Source: Nitrospiraceae bacterium
Lineage (GTDB): Bacteria; Nitrospirota; Thermodesulfovibrionia; UBA6902
Length of the DNA stretch: 64,000 bases
Assembly: GCA_003599275.1 (NCBI GenBank)
Contig: QZJG01000065.1
Coordinates: 1,410-65,409 of the forward strand
Direction of reading: 5' to 3'
The notes beneath the pieces were generated by a model, which was not told the origin of the DNA, did not search any database, and was given only the letters and a program-made list of their open reading frames with translations. Made by a program: the position numbers and the translations under genes. Of this stretch, positions 49,102 through 58,940 are shown one piece after another (positions within the stretch are counted from its first letter, which is position 1; the number at the start of each line of letters is the position of its first letter).

Positions 49102-50811
49102 TCATTCTGTCTCTCCGAGCGGTTTTACATTTATCAGAGAACCATTGAAAATCCTTATCGCGTCCTGCACTAAAGGCTCGGAGAAGACCTTTTCCTTTAC
49201 TTCGCTAATGTTTTTTTTTGTTTCTTTTTTGGGAAGCGAAAGTATTTTCAGTTTAATGCCGTGCCCGCTCAGCTTCCTGAGTATCCGTTCAATGACAGGG
49301 GCGCCTTTCTTTATCAAATCTGCAAACACGGCCATGCCGCCGTTTAAACCTATGGACATCTCCGTCGTTGTCAGCCCTAACAAGGACGCCTCCGCGAGTT
49401 TGCCTGAAAGGAGATGGTCTTCGGAATCGAGGTGTTCGAGCAGCTTCCGCCACAGTTCTTCCTTGTTCGCGACAACCGATTTTATGTCGGTGTCAAGCTG
49501 TGCTATCAGTTCCGTTTTTTTTTCTGCAGGTGGGACAGCAGATTTTTCAGAAAGCGTTTCACGTCCCTGTATGTCATCCTCCGGCTTCACCGTGGGACCC
49601 GGCGCTTTTTCCCGGACCACTGCCGGGGTCTGCCTTCGAATGTCGTAATCGGGGGCGGGGATGACGTTTTTACTCAGCCCCTGCTCCCCGTTGAACATTT
49701 TCATGACCTCTGTAATTGAAGTCATGCCTTTTACAAAGGATGTTCTCAGCAGGCCGAGTTCAAGCGTATATCTCGGATTTATCGCGTTCCTGACCTCTCC
49801 CTCAAGCCTGAGAAGCTCGGTAAGGAGCAATGTTAATTCTTCAATGCTGACAGTCGATGCGGTGTTCAGCAGTCTTTGCACTTCCTCCCGCGAAAACTCC
49901 AGGAGGTCTTCCGCGTCCCCGGTCACCTTTACGACGGCTATGTTCCTGAAATGCTCGACAAGCTCTTTTGTCAGTTGCCGCAGGTCATTGCCCCGGTCGG
50001 TAAGCTCCTTTATTATGGAAAGCGTACCGGATATGTCGCCCTTCAGAATGGTTTCTGAAAGGTTTGCGATGATTTCCGCGTCAGGCAGACCGAGAAGGGA
50101 CTGAAGCTCCTTTTCCGTTATTTCATCACTGTAAGAGCATGCCTGGTCCAGAAGAGTAAGCGCGTCCCTCATGCTGCCGTCAGCGGCCCTCGCTATCATG
50201 TCCAGCGCCGCATCTTTGATATTGATTTTTTCAGCGACCGTAATCTTTCCGAGCTGCTCCCTTATCCTGTTCCTTGTGACCCTGCGGAACGAGTGGTGCT
50301 GGCATCTCGAAAGGATAGTGGCCGGTATCTTTTTGGGTTCGGTCGTGGCAAAGATGAAGACCACGTGAGGCGGGGGTTCTTCAAGCGTCTTCAGTAAGGC
50401 ATTGAATGCCGAAGCGCTCAGCATATGCACTTCGTCAATTATATATATTTTATACTTGCCGCCTGACGGCGCATATTTAACGGTCTCTCTCAGCTCTCTC
50501 ACGGCTTCAACACTGTTGTTGGAAGCGCCGTCAATTTCGAATACGTCTACAGAGGCCCCATCCGTTATTGCCTTGCAGCTTGGGCATTCCCCGCAGGGTC
50601 CGCTGTCCGTACTCTGCTGACAGTTCAGCGCTTTGGCAAGTATTCGCGCGGAAGAGGTCTTGCCGACCCCTCTCGGTCCGGAGAACAGATAGGCATGCGC
50701 AACTTTCCCGCCGGACAGGGCGTTCTTGAAGGTCTTAACTACCGTCTCCTGTCCTACGAGGTCGTCAAAGCCCTGCGGCCGCCATTTTCTTGCAAGTACG
50801 ATATAGCTCAT
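49102..50811 (-). CDS. dnaX: DNA polymerase III subunit gamma/tau DnaX
   Basis: MSYIVLARKWRPQGFDDLVGQE...AYLFSGPRGVGKTSSARILAKALNC. Confidence 0.9.
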   Translation of the reverse strand: MSYIVLARKWRPQGFDDLVGQETVVKTFKNALSGGKVAHAYLFSGPRGVGKTSSARILAKALNCQQSTDSGPCGECPSCKAITDGASVDVFEIDGASNNSVEAVRELRETVKYAPSGGKYKIYIIDEVHMLSASAFNALLKTLEEPPPHVVFIFATTEPKKIPATILSRCQHHSFRRVTRNRIREQLGKITVAEKINIKDAALDMIARAADGSMRDALTLLDQACSYSDEITEKELQSLLGLPDAEIIANLSETILKGDISGTLSIIKELTDRGNDLRQLTKELVEHFRNIAVVKVTGDAEDLLEFSREEVQRLLNTASTVSIEELTLLLTELLRLEGEVRNAINPRYTLELGLLRTSFVKGMTSITEVMKMFNGEQGLSKNVIPAPDYDIRRQTPAVVREKAPGPTVKPEDDIQGRETLSEKSAVPPAEKKTELIAQLDTDIKSVVANKEELWRKLLEHLDSEDHLLSGKLAEASLLGLTTTEMSIGLNGGMAVFADLIKKGAPVIERILRKLSGHGIKLKILSLPKKETKKNISEVKEKVFSEPLVQDAIRIFNGSLINVKPLGETE

Positions 50812-50889
50812 AATTTAGGAATTAGGGATCAGGGAGTAGGGGGTAGCGAACACGTCTTCACTACTCCCTATACCCTACCCCCTGTTTTA

Positions 50890-50998
50890 AAGGCCGGGCC
50901 TTCAGGTGATCCTGCGGCACCCAGGATAACCGCTTACCGTTGCTTCCTTCCGGACCTGGCGGGGTTTGCAGCATACTGTTGCACAGGGCCCGAAGACC
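50890..50998 (-). ncRNA. ffs: Signal recognition particle RNA (4.5S/ffs)
   Basis: The reverse complement contains the domain IV motif CCAGGUCCGGAAGGAAGCAACGG, flanked by complementary 5' and 3' ends. It sits upstream of dnaX, as in many bacteria. Confidence 0.75.
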
Positions 50999-51135
50999 CG
51001 ACCCAAAATACAGTTGTTAGGGAATAGGGGGCAGGAATTAGAAAAAAGATTAAAAACTCCTTCACTTCTCCTGTCGTTTCACTAACAACTGACCTCTAAT
51101 AACTAACAACTGTTCAATCTGAACAGCAGATTGAA

Positions 51136-51223
51136 CGGAGAGGGAGGGAGTCGAACCCTCGAGACGGTATTAGCGTCTACACGATTTCCAGTCGTGCTCC
51201 TTCGGCCACTCGGACACCTCTCC
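51136..51223 (-). tRNA. tRNA-Ser (anticodon GGA), type II with long variable arm
   Basis: Reverse complement GGAGAGGTGTCCGAGTGGCCGAAGGAGCACGACTGGAAATCGTGTAGACGCTAATACCGTCTCGAGGGTTCGACTCCCTCCCTCTCCG. Acceptor stem GGAGAGG/CCTCTCC, anticodon loop CTGGAAA, T-loop GGTTCGACT. Confidence 0.85.
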
Positions 51224-51420
51224 AGTAAAGACAGCGATCACTAAACCCTGACTACTGTCGAATTTGTGCTGCGAAGATAAAGACCGTTTGCAGACGCAAA
51301 TAATTTTGCAGTAGTTTAACATTTTTAAAACCGCTTTTGTATCCTCCGGACTTCAGTCTTTCGCACCCGGCTTACGCGCATTATTATTCATAAATTCGGC
51401 CATTGGGGTATAATTAACAC

Positions 51421-54069
51421 GTGCCAACCCTTTATCTCATAGACGGCAACTCGTATATGTACCGCGCATTTTTTGCGATAAGAAACCTGTCCGCTTCGGA
51501 CGGTTTTCCCACAAATGCCATATACGGCTTCACCAGCATGATATTGAAGATACTGCGGGAGAAAAAGCCGGAGTACTTTGCCATAGTCTTTGACACGCCC
51601 GCGCCGACCAAGAGGCACGAGGTCTATGAGGCGTACAAGGCGCACAGGCCAGGCATGCCTGATGATCTCAGGCGGCAGGTCCCTTTTATCAAGGAAATAA
51701 TCCAGGCCTTCAATATCGAATCAATTGAAAAACCCGGGTACGAGGCCGATGACATCCTGGGCGTCCTCGCAAAAGAAGGCGAAGCAGAAGGGCTTGATGT
51801 TTATATCGTTACGGCAGACAAAGACATGTGCCAGGTCGTGAGTCCGAAGATCAGACTCTATGACACCATGAAAGAGAAGTTCACGGAGGAGAAGGACGTC
51901 ATAGAGAGGTTCGGAGTCGGACCATCGCGCTTCCCTGAAATTATAGCCCTTATGGGCGATGTATCGGACAATATCCCCGGCGTGCCCGGTATCGGAGAGA
52001 AGACCGCGGTCAGGCTTTTGAAGGAGTTCGGCAGTCTTGAGAATCTGGTCGAGAATTATTCGAGGGTAAAAAACCCTAAACTCAAAGAGGCGATATCCCA
52101 AAACATGGAGAACATCAAACTCAGCAGGGAACTCGCCACATTTCATCCCGACGTGCCGCTGGACAAATCGGTCAAAGACCTGAGACCGGGGGAGCCGGAC
52201 TGGGGGAAACTGCTAAGTTCTTTCCGCAGGTTCGGGTTCGGCAGTCTGCTCAAGCTCATACCTGAGACATCAGGCCCGGACAAAACCGAGTACATCGCAG
52301 TCCTCGATGCGGACGCTCTCGAAGAGGCCCTTTCGCCGGTCCGGGACGAGGTGACCGTTGATACGGAAACCACTTCGCAGTCCCCGATGACCGCGGAGCT
52401 TGTGGGCATATCGCTTTCACGGGAAGAGGGGAAGGCCTATTATGTCCCGGTCGCGCACTCATACCCCGGAGCTCCGGAGCAGCTTTCAAAGCGGCAAGTC
52501 CTCGACCGTATGAAAGGGATGCTCGAAAACCCTGAGATAAAAAAGACCGGGCACAACATAAAATACGACCTCATCGTATTAAAAAATGAAGGCATTGATT
52601 TGCAGGGTATAGCCTTTGATACCATGTTGGCCTCATATCTGCTGAATCCCAACAAGACCAATCACAATCTGGCTGATGTGTCATTAGAATACCTCGGGAT
52701 CAAGAAGCTTTCATTCAATGATGTGATCGGCAAAGGAAGAAATTTCAGCGAGGTTTCCGTTTCCGACGCCGCGCGGTATTCAGGCGAAGACGCTGCAGTA
52801 ACATTGAAATTGAAAGAGCATTTTGGCCCCAGGCTTGAAGATGAAGGCCTCTCAAAATTATTCCATGAGATGGAATTGCCCCTGATTGAAGTCCTCGCGG
52901 ACATGGAAATGGCGGGCGTGAAGATCGACATTCCACTGATGGACACACTTTCCCGGAGACTCGCCAGTGAACTTGTGAGCATTGAGAAGAGGATATACTT
53001 TATCGCGGGAGAGGAGTTCAATATCAATTCGCCGAAACAGCTCCAGGAAATCCTGTTTGAAAAGCTCGGGCTCAGGACCTTGAGAAAGACGAAAACGGGA
53101 TTTTCAACGGACGCTGATGTGCTTGAACAATTGGCCCTTGAACATGAGCTTCCCAGAGAGATCATTGAATACAGGATGCTGGCCAAGCTCCGGAACACGT
53201 ATGTCGATGCGCTGCCGAGGACCATTAACCCAAAGACCGGAAGGCTGCACACTTCCTTCAACCAGACAATTACGGCCACGGGAAGGCTGAGCAGTTCGGA
53301 GCCTAACCTGCAAAATATACCGGTCAGGGGGGAATGGGGCACGAGGATCAGGGAGGCATTTATCGCAGATGAGGGGAACCTGCTTATTTCTTCGGACTAC
53401 TCGCAGATAGAACTGCGCGTGCTCGCCCATCTGAGTCAGGACAAGGGGTTTATGGAAGTTTTCAGGCATGACGGAGATATCCATACAAGGACCGCAACAG
53501 AGCTGTTCGGCGTTTCCGCGGCGGAGGTCACCCCCGAAATGAGAAGGCGTGCCAAGACAGTGAATTTCGGCATCGTCTACGGCATCAGCCCGTATGGATT
53601 GAGCAGGCAGTTGGGGATCCCGCCGGACGAGTCGAGAGATTACATTGACACCTATTTTGCAAGGCACTGCGGGGTAAAAGAATACATGGAAAAGATGATT
53701 GAAGTGGCGACCGAAACCGGATTTATCTCGACTATTTTCAACAGAAAAAGGCCGATACCGGAACTCAGGAGCACGAACAAAAATACGAGACAGCTTGGGG
53801 AGAGGCTTGCGATAAACACCCCGGTGCAGGGCTCCGCCGCCGATATAATAAAAGTCTCGATGCTCAATATCCGGAAGAGGCTGAAAAAGGAAAGACTCAG
53901 GACAAGGATGCTCCTGCAGGTCCACGATGAATTGCTGTTTGAAGCGCCGGAGGAAGAGAAGGACATGATCAGGGCGTTAGTGAAGGAAGAAATGGAAAAC
54001 GCGGTGACGCTCGATGTCCCGCTTAAAGTAGATATCGGCATCGGGAAAAACTGGGCCGGGGCGCATTGA
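51421..54069 (+). CDS. polA: DNA polymerase I
   Basis: 5'-nuclease N-terminus LYLIDGNSYMYRAFFA. 3'-5' exonuclease domain. Polymerase motifs DYSQIELR and QVHDELLFE. Probable GTG start. Confidence 0.95.
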   Translation: MPTLYLIDGNSYMYRAFFAIRNLSASDGFPTNAIYGFTSMILKILREKKPEYFAIVFDTPAPTKRHEVYEAYKAHRPGMPDDLRRQVPFIKEIIQAFNIESIEKPGYEADDILGVLAKEGEAEGLDVYIVTADKDMCQVVSPKIRLYDTMKEKFTEEKDVIERFGVGPSRFPEIIALMGDVSDNIPGVPGIGEKTAVRLLKEFGSLENLVENYSRVKNPKLKEAISQNMENIKLSRELATFHPDVPLDKSVKDLRPGEPDWGKLLSSFRRFGFGSLLKLIPETSGPDKTEYIAVLDADALEEALSPVRDEVTVDTETTSQSPMTAELVGISLSREEGKAYYVPVAHSYPGAPEQLSKRQVLDRMKGMLENPEIKKTGHNIKYDLIVLKNEGIDLQGIAFDTMLASYLLNPNKTNHNLADVSLEYLGIKKLSFNDVIGKGRNFSEVSVSDAARYSGEDAAVTLKLKEHFGPRLEDEGLSKLFHEMELPLIEVLADMEMAGVKIDIPLMDTLSRRLASELVSIEKRIYFIAGEEFNINSPKQLQEILFEKLGLRTLRKTKTGFSTDADVLEQLALEHELPREIIEYRMLAKLRNTYVDALPRTINPKTGRLHTSFNQTITATGRLSSSEPNLQNIPVRGEWGTRIREAFIADEGNLLISSDYSQIELRVLAHLSQDKGFMEVFRHDGDIHTRTATELFGVSAAEVTPEMRRRAKTVNFGIVYGISPYGLSRQLGIPPDESRDYIDTYFARHCGVKEYMEKMIEVATETGFISTIFNRKRPIPELRSTNKNTRQLGERLAINTPVQGSAADIIKVSMLNIRKRLKKERLRTRMLLQVHDELLFEAPEEEKDMIRALVKEEMENAVTLDVPLKVDIGIGKNWAGAH

Positions 54070-54074
54070 TCCTC

Positions 54075-54731
54075 TTACATCAATTCCCTGAAATCATGGA
54101 TGGTCAGGAACTTCTCAGTCTTCTTCGGCTCCGCCTTTGAGCTTGCGCGCGCCTTGAACAGCAGGTACCTGATGCCGTACTCCTTCGCGGTCTTCAGGAC
54201 GTCTTCGGTATCGTCGATGAAGAGGGAATGCTCCTTCTCGAATTTCAGCTTCTTCTCTGCCTTTTGCCAGAATTCGATGAACTCCTTCGGATGGCCTACG
54301 TCAAAGGAGCAGAGCACGTCATCAAAATATTTCCCTATCTGTGTCTTGTTGAACTTTATCTTCACCGTCTTGAAATGTGCGTTTGTCAGGAGGAATATCT
54401 TTTTCCTGTGCCGTCTCATCATCTTCAGGAAATCAATGACGTGGGGATGGACTTCTATAAGATGCCTTATCTGTTCCTTGAGGGCCGGGATGTCGAGGTG
54501 CAGCTCCTTCGACCAGAAATCTATGTCGCACCAGTTCAGCGTCTTTTCATGTGATTTGTAGGTCGTGAATAAATGCTCCTTTGCTGCGCCGAAGGTCATG
54601 TCATGCTTTTCCGCGTACTTCTCCGGCACGAGATGCCCCCAGAAATAGTCGTCGAAATAGAGGTCCAGCAATGTGCCGTCCATGTCGAGGAGGACATATT
54701 TGATTTCATCAAGCGGTATCTGTCTGAGCAT
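54075..54731 (-). CDS. HAD-superfamily hydrolase (nucleotidase-like)
   Basis: Motif I VLLDMDGTLLD. Convergent with polA. Confidence 0.7.
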   Translation of the reverse strand: MLRQIPLDEIKYVLLDMDGTLLDLYFDDYFWGHLVPEKYAEKHDMTFGAAKEHLFTTYKSHEKTLNWCDIDFWSKELHLDIPALKEQIRHLIEVHPHVIDFLKMMRRHRKKIFLLTNAHFKTVKIKFNKTQIGKYFDDVLCSFDVGHPKEFIEFWQKAEKKLKFEKEHSLFIDDTEDVLKTAKEYGIRYLLFKARASSKAEPKKTEKFLTIHDFRELM

Positions 54732-54920
54732 TGTTTTCCTTTGGGAGATTGGTTATGATGGAAATTATTGTAACATTTTCAGAATGAAAGGAGACCAGAG
54801 AGATAAATTTTTACATCCACAGATTACTCGGATTTACACGGATTTTTTATACGGGTTACTTAATCAGTGCAATCTGCGGACGATGTTATTTTTCTCTGTG
54901 TCCTCTGTGGTTAAACAATT

Positions 54921-55808
54921 ATGAAAAAACTCCTCGTGACAGGCGCAAGCGGTTTTTTAGGCTGGAACATCTGCAACCTTGCGGGAAAAGAATGGGACGT
55001 TTGCGGAACGGTCTTTTCTCATCCGGTTGAAATCGCCGGCGCTAATATTTTAAAAGTAGATTTGACGGATTATGGGGAGATGAAGAAGGTCTTCAACGAG
55101 ATACGCCCCGATGCGGTCATTCACACGGCTGCGGCTGCGGACCCCAATTACTGCCAGTCAAACAGGGCGGAGACACGAAGGACCAATGTTGACGCCTCCG
55201 TCAATATTGCGGGACTTTGCTCGGATGCAGGAACTCCCTTTGTCTTCACCTCGACCGACCTTGTCTTTGACGGTCTGAACGCGCCCTACCGCGAAGATGA
55301 CCCGGTCAGTCCGATAAATATTTACGGTGAGCAAAAGGTGACGGCTGAACGGGAGATTTTAAAGAGGTACCCAGATGCAGCCGTTTGCCGCATGGCCCTG
55401 ATGTTCGGCTTGTCCGGCCCTTCGTCGGAAAGTTTCATTCAGCCCATGCTGCGTGCGATGAGGGAAGGGCGTGAGTTGCGGCTGTTCGTTGACGAGATCA
55501 GGACGCCAATCAGCGCGGCAACCGCGGTCTGGGGTCTTTTAATTGCTCTGCAAAAAGCAAAGGGCCTGCTTCATCTTGGCGGCTCCGAGCGTATTTCCCG
55601 CTATGACTTCGGCAGGCTTATGGCCAATGTCTTCGGAGTTCCGGACGCAAAGCTCGTACAGTGCCGGCAGAAAGACATGACTATGGCCGCGCCGAGAGCG
55701 CCTGACGTCTCGTTCGACAATTCAAAGGCATCGGCACTGGGCTTCAGTCCTTTGCCTCTGAGGGACGAGCTGACGGCGATAATACACAGATTGTCGTATC
55801 GGGGCTGA
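54921..55808 (+). CDS. NAD(P)-dependent epimerase/reductase (RmlD-like SDR)
   Basis: Rossmann motif LVTGASGFLGWNI and catalytic YGEQK. Confidence 0.75.
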   Translation: MKKLLVTGASGFLGWNICNLAGKEWDVCGTVFSHPVEIAGANILKVDLTDYGEMKKVFNEIRPDAVIHTAAAADPNYCQSNRAETRRTNVDASVNIAGLCSDAGTPFVFTSTDLVFDGLNAPYREDDPVSPINIYGEQKVTAEREILKRYPDAAVCRMALMFGLSGPSSESFIQPMLRAMREGRELRLFVDEIRTPISAATAVWGLLIALQKAKGLLHLGGSERISRYDFGRLMANVFGVPDAKLVQCRQKDMTMAAPRAPDVSFDNSKASALGFSPLPLRDELTAIIHRLSYRG

Positions 55809-56049
55809 CGCCCTATCGGTTTATCACTTCTCTCAGGGTATGGGGAGGGCGACTTTTCAGGACTCGACACTTGTCGCTGATCACTTAGCACTACTCCCTT
55901 TAATTAAATCCAAATATTTCTCTTGAAATTGCACGCTGATCGCTGATTGCTTAAGGCTGCTTTTTGCCTTTCACGCTTTCGCACTTACGCGCTTGGAATA
56001 TTCTTGCTGTTTCTCAGGGAGTTGATTAAAATTAAGCGGTGATTTTTAG

Positions 56050-56220
56050 AAGGGGGAAAGGGAAGAAAGATCCGAAGACAACGCCCGCGAAATAATTGAT
56101 GAGATACTTATTGCCAATCTCAAACGCGCTGAACGACTGCGGCAGTCGATATTGAAGAAGGCGTTTTCGGGGAGGCTTGTAGAGCAGGAGAAGAACTATA
56201 ACACTATGGGAAATACCTAA
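56050..56220 (+). pseudogene. hsdS: 3' remnant of type I R-M specificity subunit hsdS
   Basis: A 57-codon open frame with no start. It ends ...EDNAREIIDEILIANLKRAERLRQSILKKAFSGRLVEQEK, the conserved C-terminal coiled-coil of HsdS (LRQSILKxAFxGxL). Confidence 0.65.
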
Positions 56221-56244
56221 CGCAATAAAGTTGTAGGAGATAGC

Positions 56245-58209
56245 ATGAGTAATCTAAGAGCCTTTGTAGGTCATAGCTTTACAGATAATGATAAAGATGT
56301 AGTTCGTGAGTTCCTTGATTTTTTTGATCGAGTTCAAAGGATGGGGCTCGGATTCACATGGGATCATGCTGAGCCTGCTGCTCCAAAGATTCTTTCTGAG
56401 AAAGTATTAAGATTAATGGAAGATAAAAATCTGTTTATTGCAATATGTACGGCAAAGGAACAGGTCATAGATCCAAAGAATCTAAAAGAATCATGGCTAA
56501 ATAAGACAATTTTGAAAGCAAAAAAAGATGCTTTTAATTGGAAAACATCTGACTGGATTATTCAAGAAATAGGAGTTGCTGTTGGGAAGAAAATGGAGAA
56601 AATTATTTTACTTGAAGAGGGGTTAAGAAAACCTGGAGGACTCCAAGGAGATTTAGAATATATTCTTTTTAAACGTAACGAGCCATCAAAATCCTTTAAT
56701 AAAATAATTGAGATGTTAACAGCACTTTCACCAAAGGAGACATTGATCAAAGCTTCTCAATCGGAATCATCTGAAAAAACAGAAGTTGAGGCAATGCAAC
56801 AAGAGAAAGAAGAAAAGGTGGAGCCATCTACCTCTTGGGGAAAAAATGATTATGAATTTGCACTGTTTCGAGCCATTATCAAAGATGATAAAGAACAAGA
56901 ACAGAAAATAATTAAGGCATATAACGATTCAGAAGAAGGACAAAAAGACTCTAATAAAGCATCTTTTGAGGCCTTGAAATACTATTTCCGAAGATTGCAA
57001 GGTAAGGGAGTATACATAGAAGAACTAAAAGCATTGGCCAGCAAACATCCTGATAAGAGTGAAATTTCTTATTATTTAGGAAAAGCATACGAGGAATATA
57101 AAGACAATGATAAAGCTACCGTTCAATATGAAAAATCTGCTGAGTATACGCAAAGCCCTGAAGACAAGCTTGATCGTTATTGTTATGCTGCATTGGCAAA
57201 ATGTAAAAATGGTTCTAAGGACAGTGAAGACTGGCTGTTAAATAAGGTACGAATTTTGATTCCTGAGGTTGACGGTGGGGAATTTAGACTTTTAACGGCA
57301 CTAAGAGATATTGCTTTAATCGACGATAATAATGACAATTATTTAGCATTTGCAGAAAGGATGCTCGATATTAAGCCCGATGATAAAGATTTAAGATTTT
57401 CATTGGCATATAAGTATTCGGAGCTAAATAATAACGAATTAGCATTATTTCATTATTTGCTAATCCCGAATAGGGATCGTAACTCTGCAACTTGGAATAA
57501 TATAGGTGTTGCATGTGCAGAGCTTGGAATGCATGGAAAGGCAGTAGATGCATATCGTGAATCTGAAAAACTGGGGGGAACACTTGCTATGAGTAACCTA
57601 TCACATAAATTTATAACAGCCGGCTTCTTAAAGGAAGCAGAAGAAATTTGTGATAACGCTGTGAAAATAGAAAACTATAACAAACAAGTAGGAACTGCTA
57701 TCACGAGCATTAAAGAAACCAAAGACAATGACGATCAAAAACAAAAAAAGATATTAGATGATTATGAAAAAAGACGTAAGTTCTATATTGATTATGGGAA
57801 AGCAAGTATAAACCATCCGCCTGAAAATCATGAGGGTGTATGGGCTGGACCTGAATGTGAGCTCAATATCGAAGTTAAAGGAAGGACCTTTATTGCAAAA
57901 GGAAGTTATGAGAAAAAGGAGCGATTAAGGGTTGGGCTTGCTCCTCTTGCTTTTAGTTATGCATATAGTCAGGCAGAAAAGTCAGTGAAAATAAATGTCC
58001 GCTATGAAGGCGTCATAATAGGACGGGGAATAGAATATAAACTATTCATAGATAGAGAAGGTGGACAATCTACCGGGATAACAGCCTTTATTGATGGCGG
58101 ACCATCTAATGAGGGATTAATGATTATTGATGAAAATATGAAAACAATTAAGGTATATCAAAAAGGATCAAAAGAGACGGAGAAATTTTATGAGCTACGG
58201 AGAAAATAA
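56245..58209 (+). CDS. TIR-like domain / TPR-repeat protein (candidate antiphage effector)
   Basis: N-terminus RAFVGHSFTDNDKDVV ... LFIAICTAKEQ ... SDWIIQEIGVAVG resembles bacterial TIR (SxW..E motif). Then multiple TPR-like repeats and a beta-rich C-domain. Very AT-rich gene. Confidence 0.5.
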   Translation: MSNLRAFVGHSFTDNDKDVVREFLDFFDRVQRMGLGFTWDHAEPAAPKILSEKVLRLMEDKNLFIAICTAKEQVIDPKNLKESWLNKTILKAKKDAFNWKTSDWIIQEIGVAVGKKMEKIILLEEGLRKPGGLQGDLEYILFKRNEPSKSFNKIIEMLTALSPKETLIKASQSESSEKTEVEAMQQEKEEKVEPSTSWGKNDYEFALFRAIIKDDKEQEQKIIKAYNDSEEGQKDSNKASFEALKYYFRRLQGKGVYIEELKALASKHPDKSEISYYLGKAYEEYKDNDKATVQYEKSAEYTQSPEDKLDRYCYAALAKCKNGSKDSEDWLLNKVRILIPEVDGGEFRLLTALRDIALIDDNNDNYLAFAERMLDIKPDDKDLRFSLAYKYSELNNNELALFHYLLIPNRDRNSATWNNIGVACAELGMHGKAVDAYRESEKLGGTLAMSNLSHKFITAGFLKEAEEICDNAVKIENYNKQVGTAITSIKETKDNDDQKQKKILDDYEKRRKFYIDYGKASINHPPENHEGVWAGPECELNIEVKGRTFIAKGSYEKKERLRVGLAPLAFSYAYSQAEKSVKINVRYEGVIIGRGIEYKLFIDREGGQSTGITAFIDGGPSNEGLMIIDENMKTIKVYQKGSKETEKFYELRRK

Positions 58210-58212
58210 ATT

Positions 58213-58284
58213 ATGAGCACAGCACAAATAGTTCAAAAACTTTAGAATTACTGCAACGTCCTCCGTGACGATGGGATGAGTTAA
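58213..58284 (+). pseudogene. hsdM: 5' fragment of type I R-M methyltransferase hsdM (copy 1, internal stop)
   Basis: MSTAQIVQKL*NYCNVLRDDGMS* is the highly conserved HsdM N-terminus (IVQKLWNYCNVLRDDG), with TAG in place of Trp. Confidence 0.6.
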
Positions 58285-58286
58285 AT

Positions 58287-58940
58287 ATGAAAAAATCAGG
58301 CAGGTATAATACAGCGCATTTAATTGAAGATCAATTCGAGCCGGGGTCGCGTGGCAGGGTGCTCAGAAATCTTTTGCATATCACTCGCAAGCGCGAGATG
58401 GATGTTATTGAGGCTGAACGATACGCGCTTGTGCAAACGAAACTCATGGGTATGTTCACGAAAGAGCATCGCTTTTCCGCATCCGATACCTGCACGATAC
58501 ATAGAGAATGGCTTAGCGATGTGTATGAGTGGGCCGGACAATACCGACAGGTGAACATATCAAAGAACGGCTTTAGCTTTGCTATGGCACCTTATGTCCC
58601 AAAGCTGATGCAAGACTTTGAAGCCGGAGCGTTGAAAAAATATACCCCTTGTCTCTTTAAAAGCGATGATGAAATTGTTGCCGCGCTCGCAGTAGTCCAT
58701 ACCGAACTTATGCTGATTCATCCCTTCCGTGAAGGAAACGGACGGGCAGGGAGACTGCTCGCAGTTTTAATGGCATTACAGGCAGGGCTACGGGGTCTTG
58801 ATTTTACTGATATACAAGGTAAAAAGCGGAAAGAATATTTTACTGCTGTGCAGGCAGGTATGGGGCAGGATTATGAACCGATGAAAAAAATTTTCAGGTC
58901 CGTGGTTTCCCGGACGAAACAGAAACATGTGCAGTGCTGA
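58287..58940 (+). CDS. fic: Fic-family protein (AMPylator/toxin), no intrinsic inhibitory helix
   Basis: Fic motif HPFREGNGRAGR. No [ST]xxxE[GN] motif anywhere in the protein. Confidence 0.85.
   Translation: MKKSGRYNTAHLIEDQFEPGSRGRVLRNLLHITRKREMDVIEAERYALVQTKLMGMFTKEHRFSASDTCTIHREWLSDVYEWAGQYRQVNISKNGFSFAMAPYVPKLMQDFEAGALKKYTPCLFKSDDEIVAALAVVHTELMLIHPFREGNGRAGRLLAVLMALQAGLRGLDFTDIQGKKRKEYFTAVQAGMGQDYEPMKKIFRSVVSRTKQKHVQC

Noticed and set aside
49207-49240. A-rich slippery-looking run (CCC AAA AAA GAA ACA AAA AAA AAC) in dnaX as a possible gamma-subunit frameshift site
   Set aside because: It lies in the last ~25 codons of dnaX and the AAAAAAG is not in the A-AAA-AAG frame, so it cannot generate a gamma product.
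51136-51223. Considered whether the tRNA could be tRNA-Sec, given the selenoprotein candidates
   Set aside because: The anticodon loop is CTGGAAA (anticodon GGA = Ser). The acceptor and T arms are standard tRNA-Ser type II, not the 8/5 or 9/4 Sec architecture.
52662-53925. 226-aa and 273-aa minus-strand ORFs
   Set aside because: Antisense to polA, whose conserved motifs span the region.
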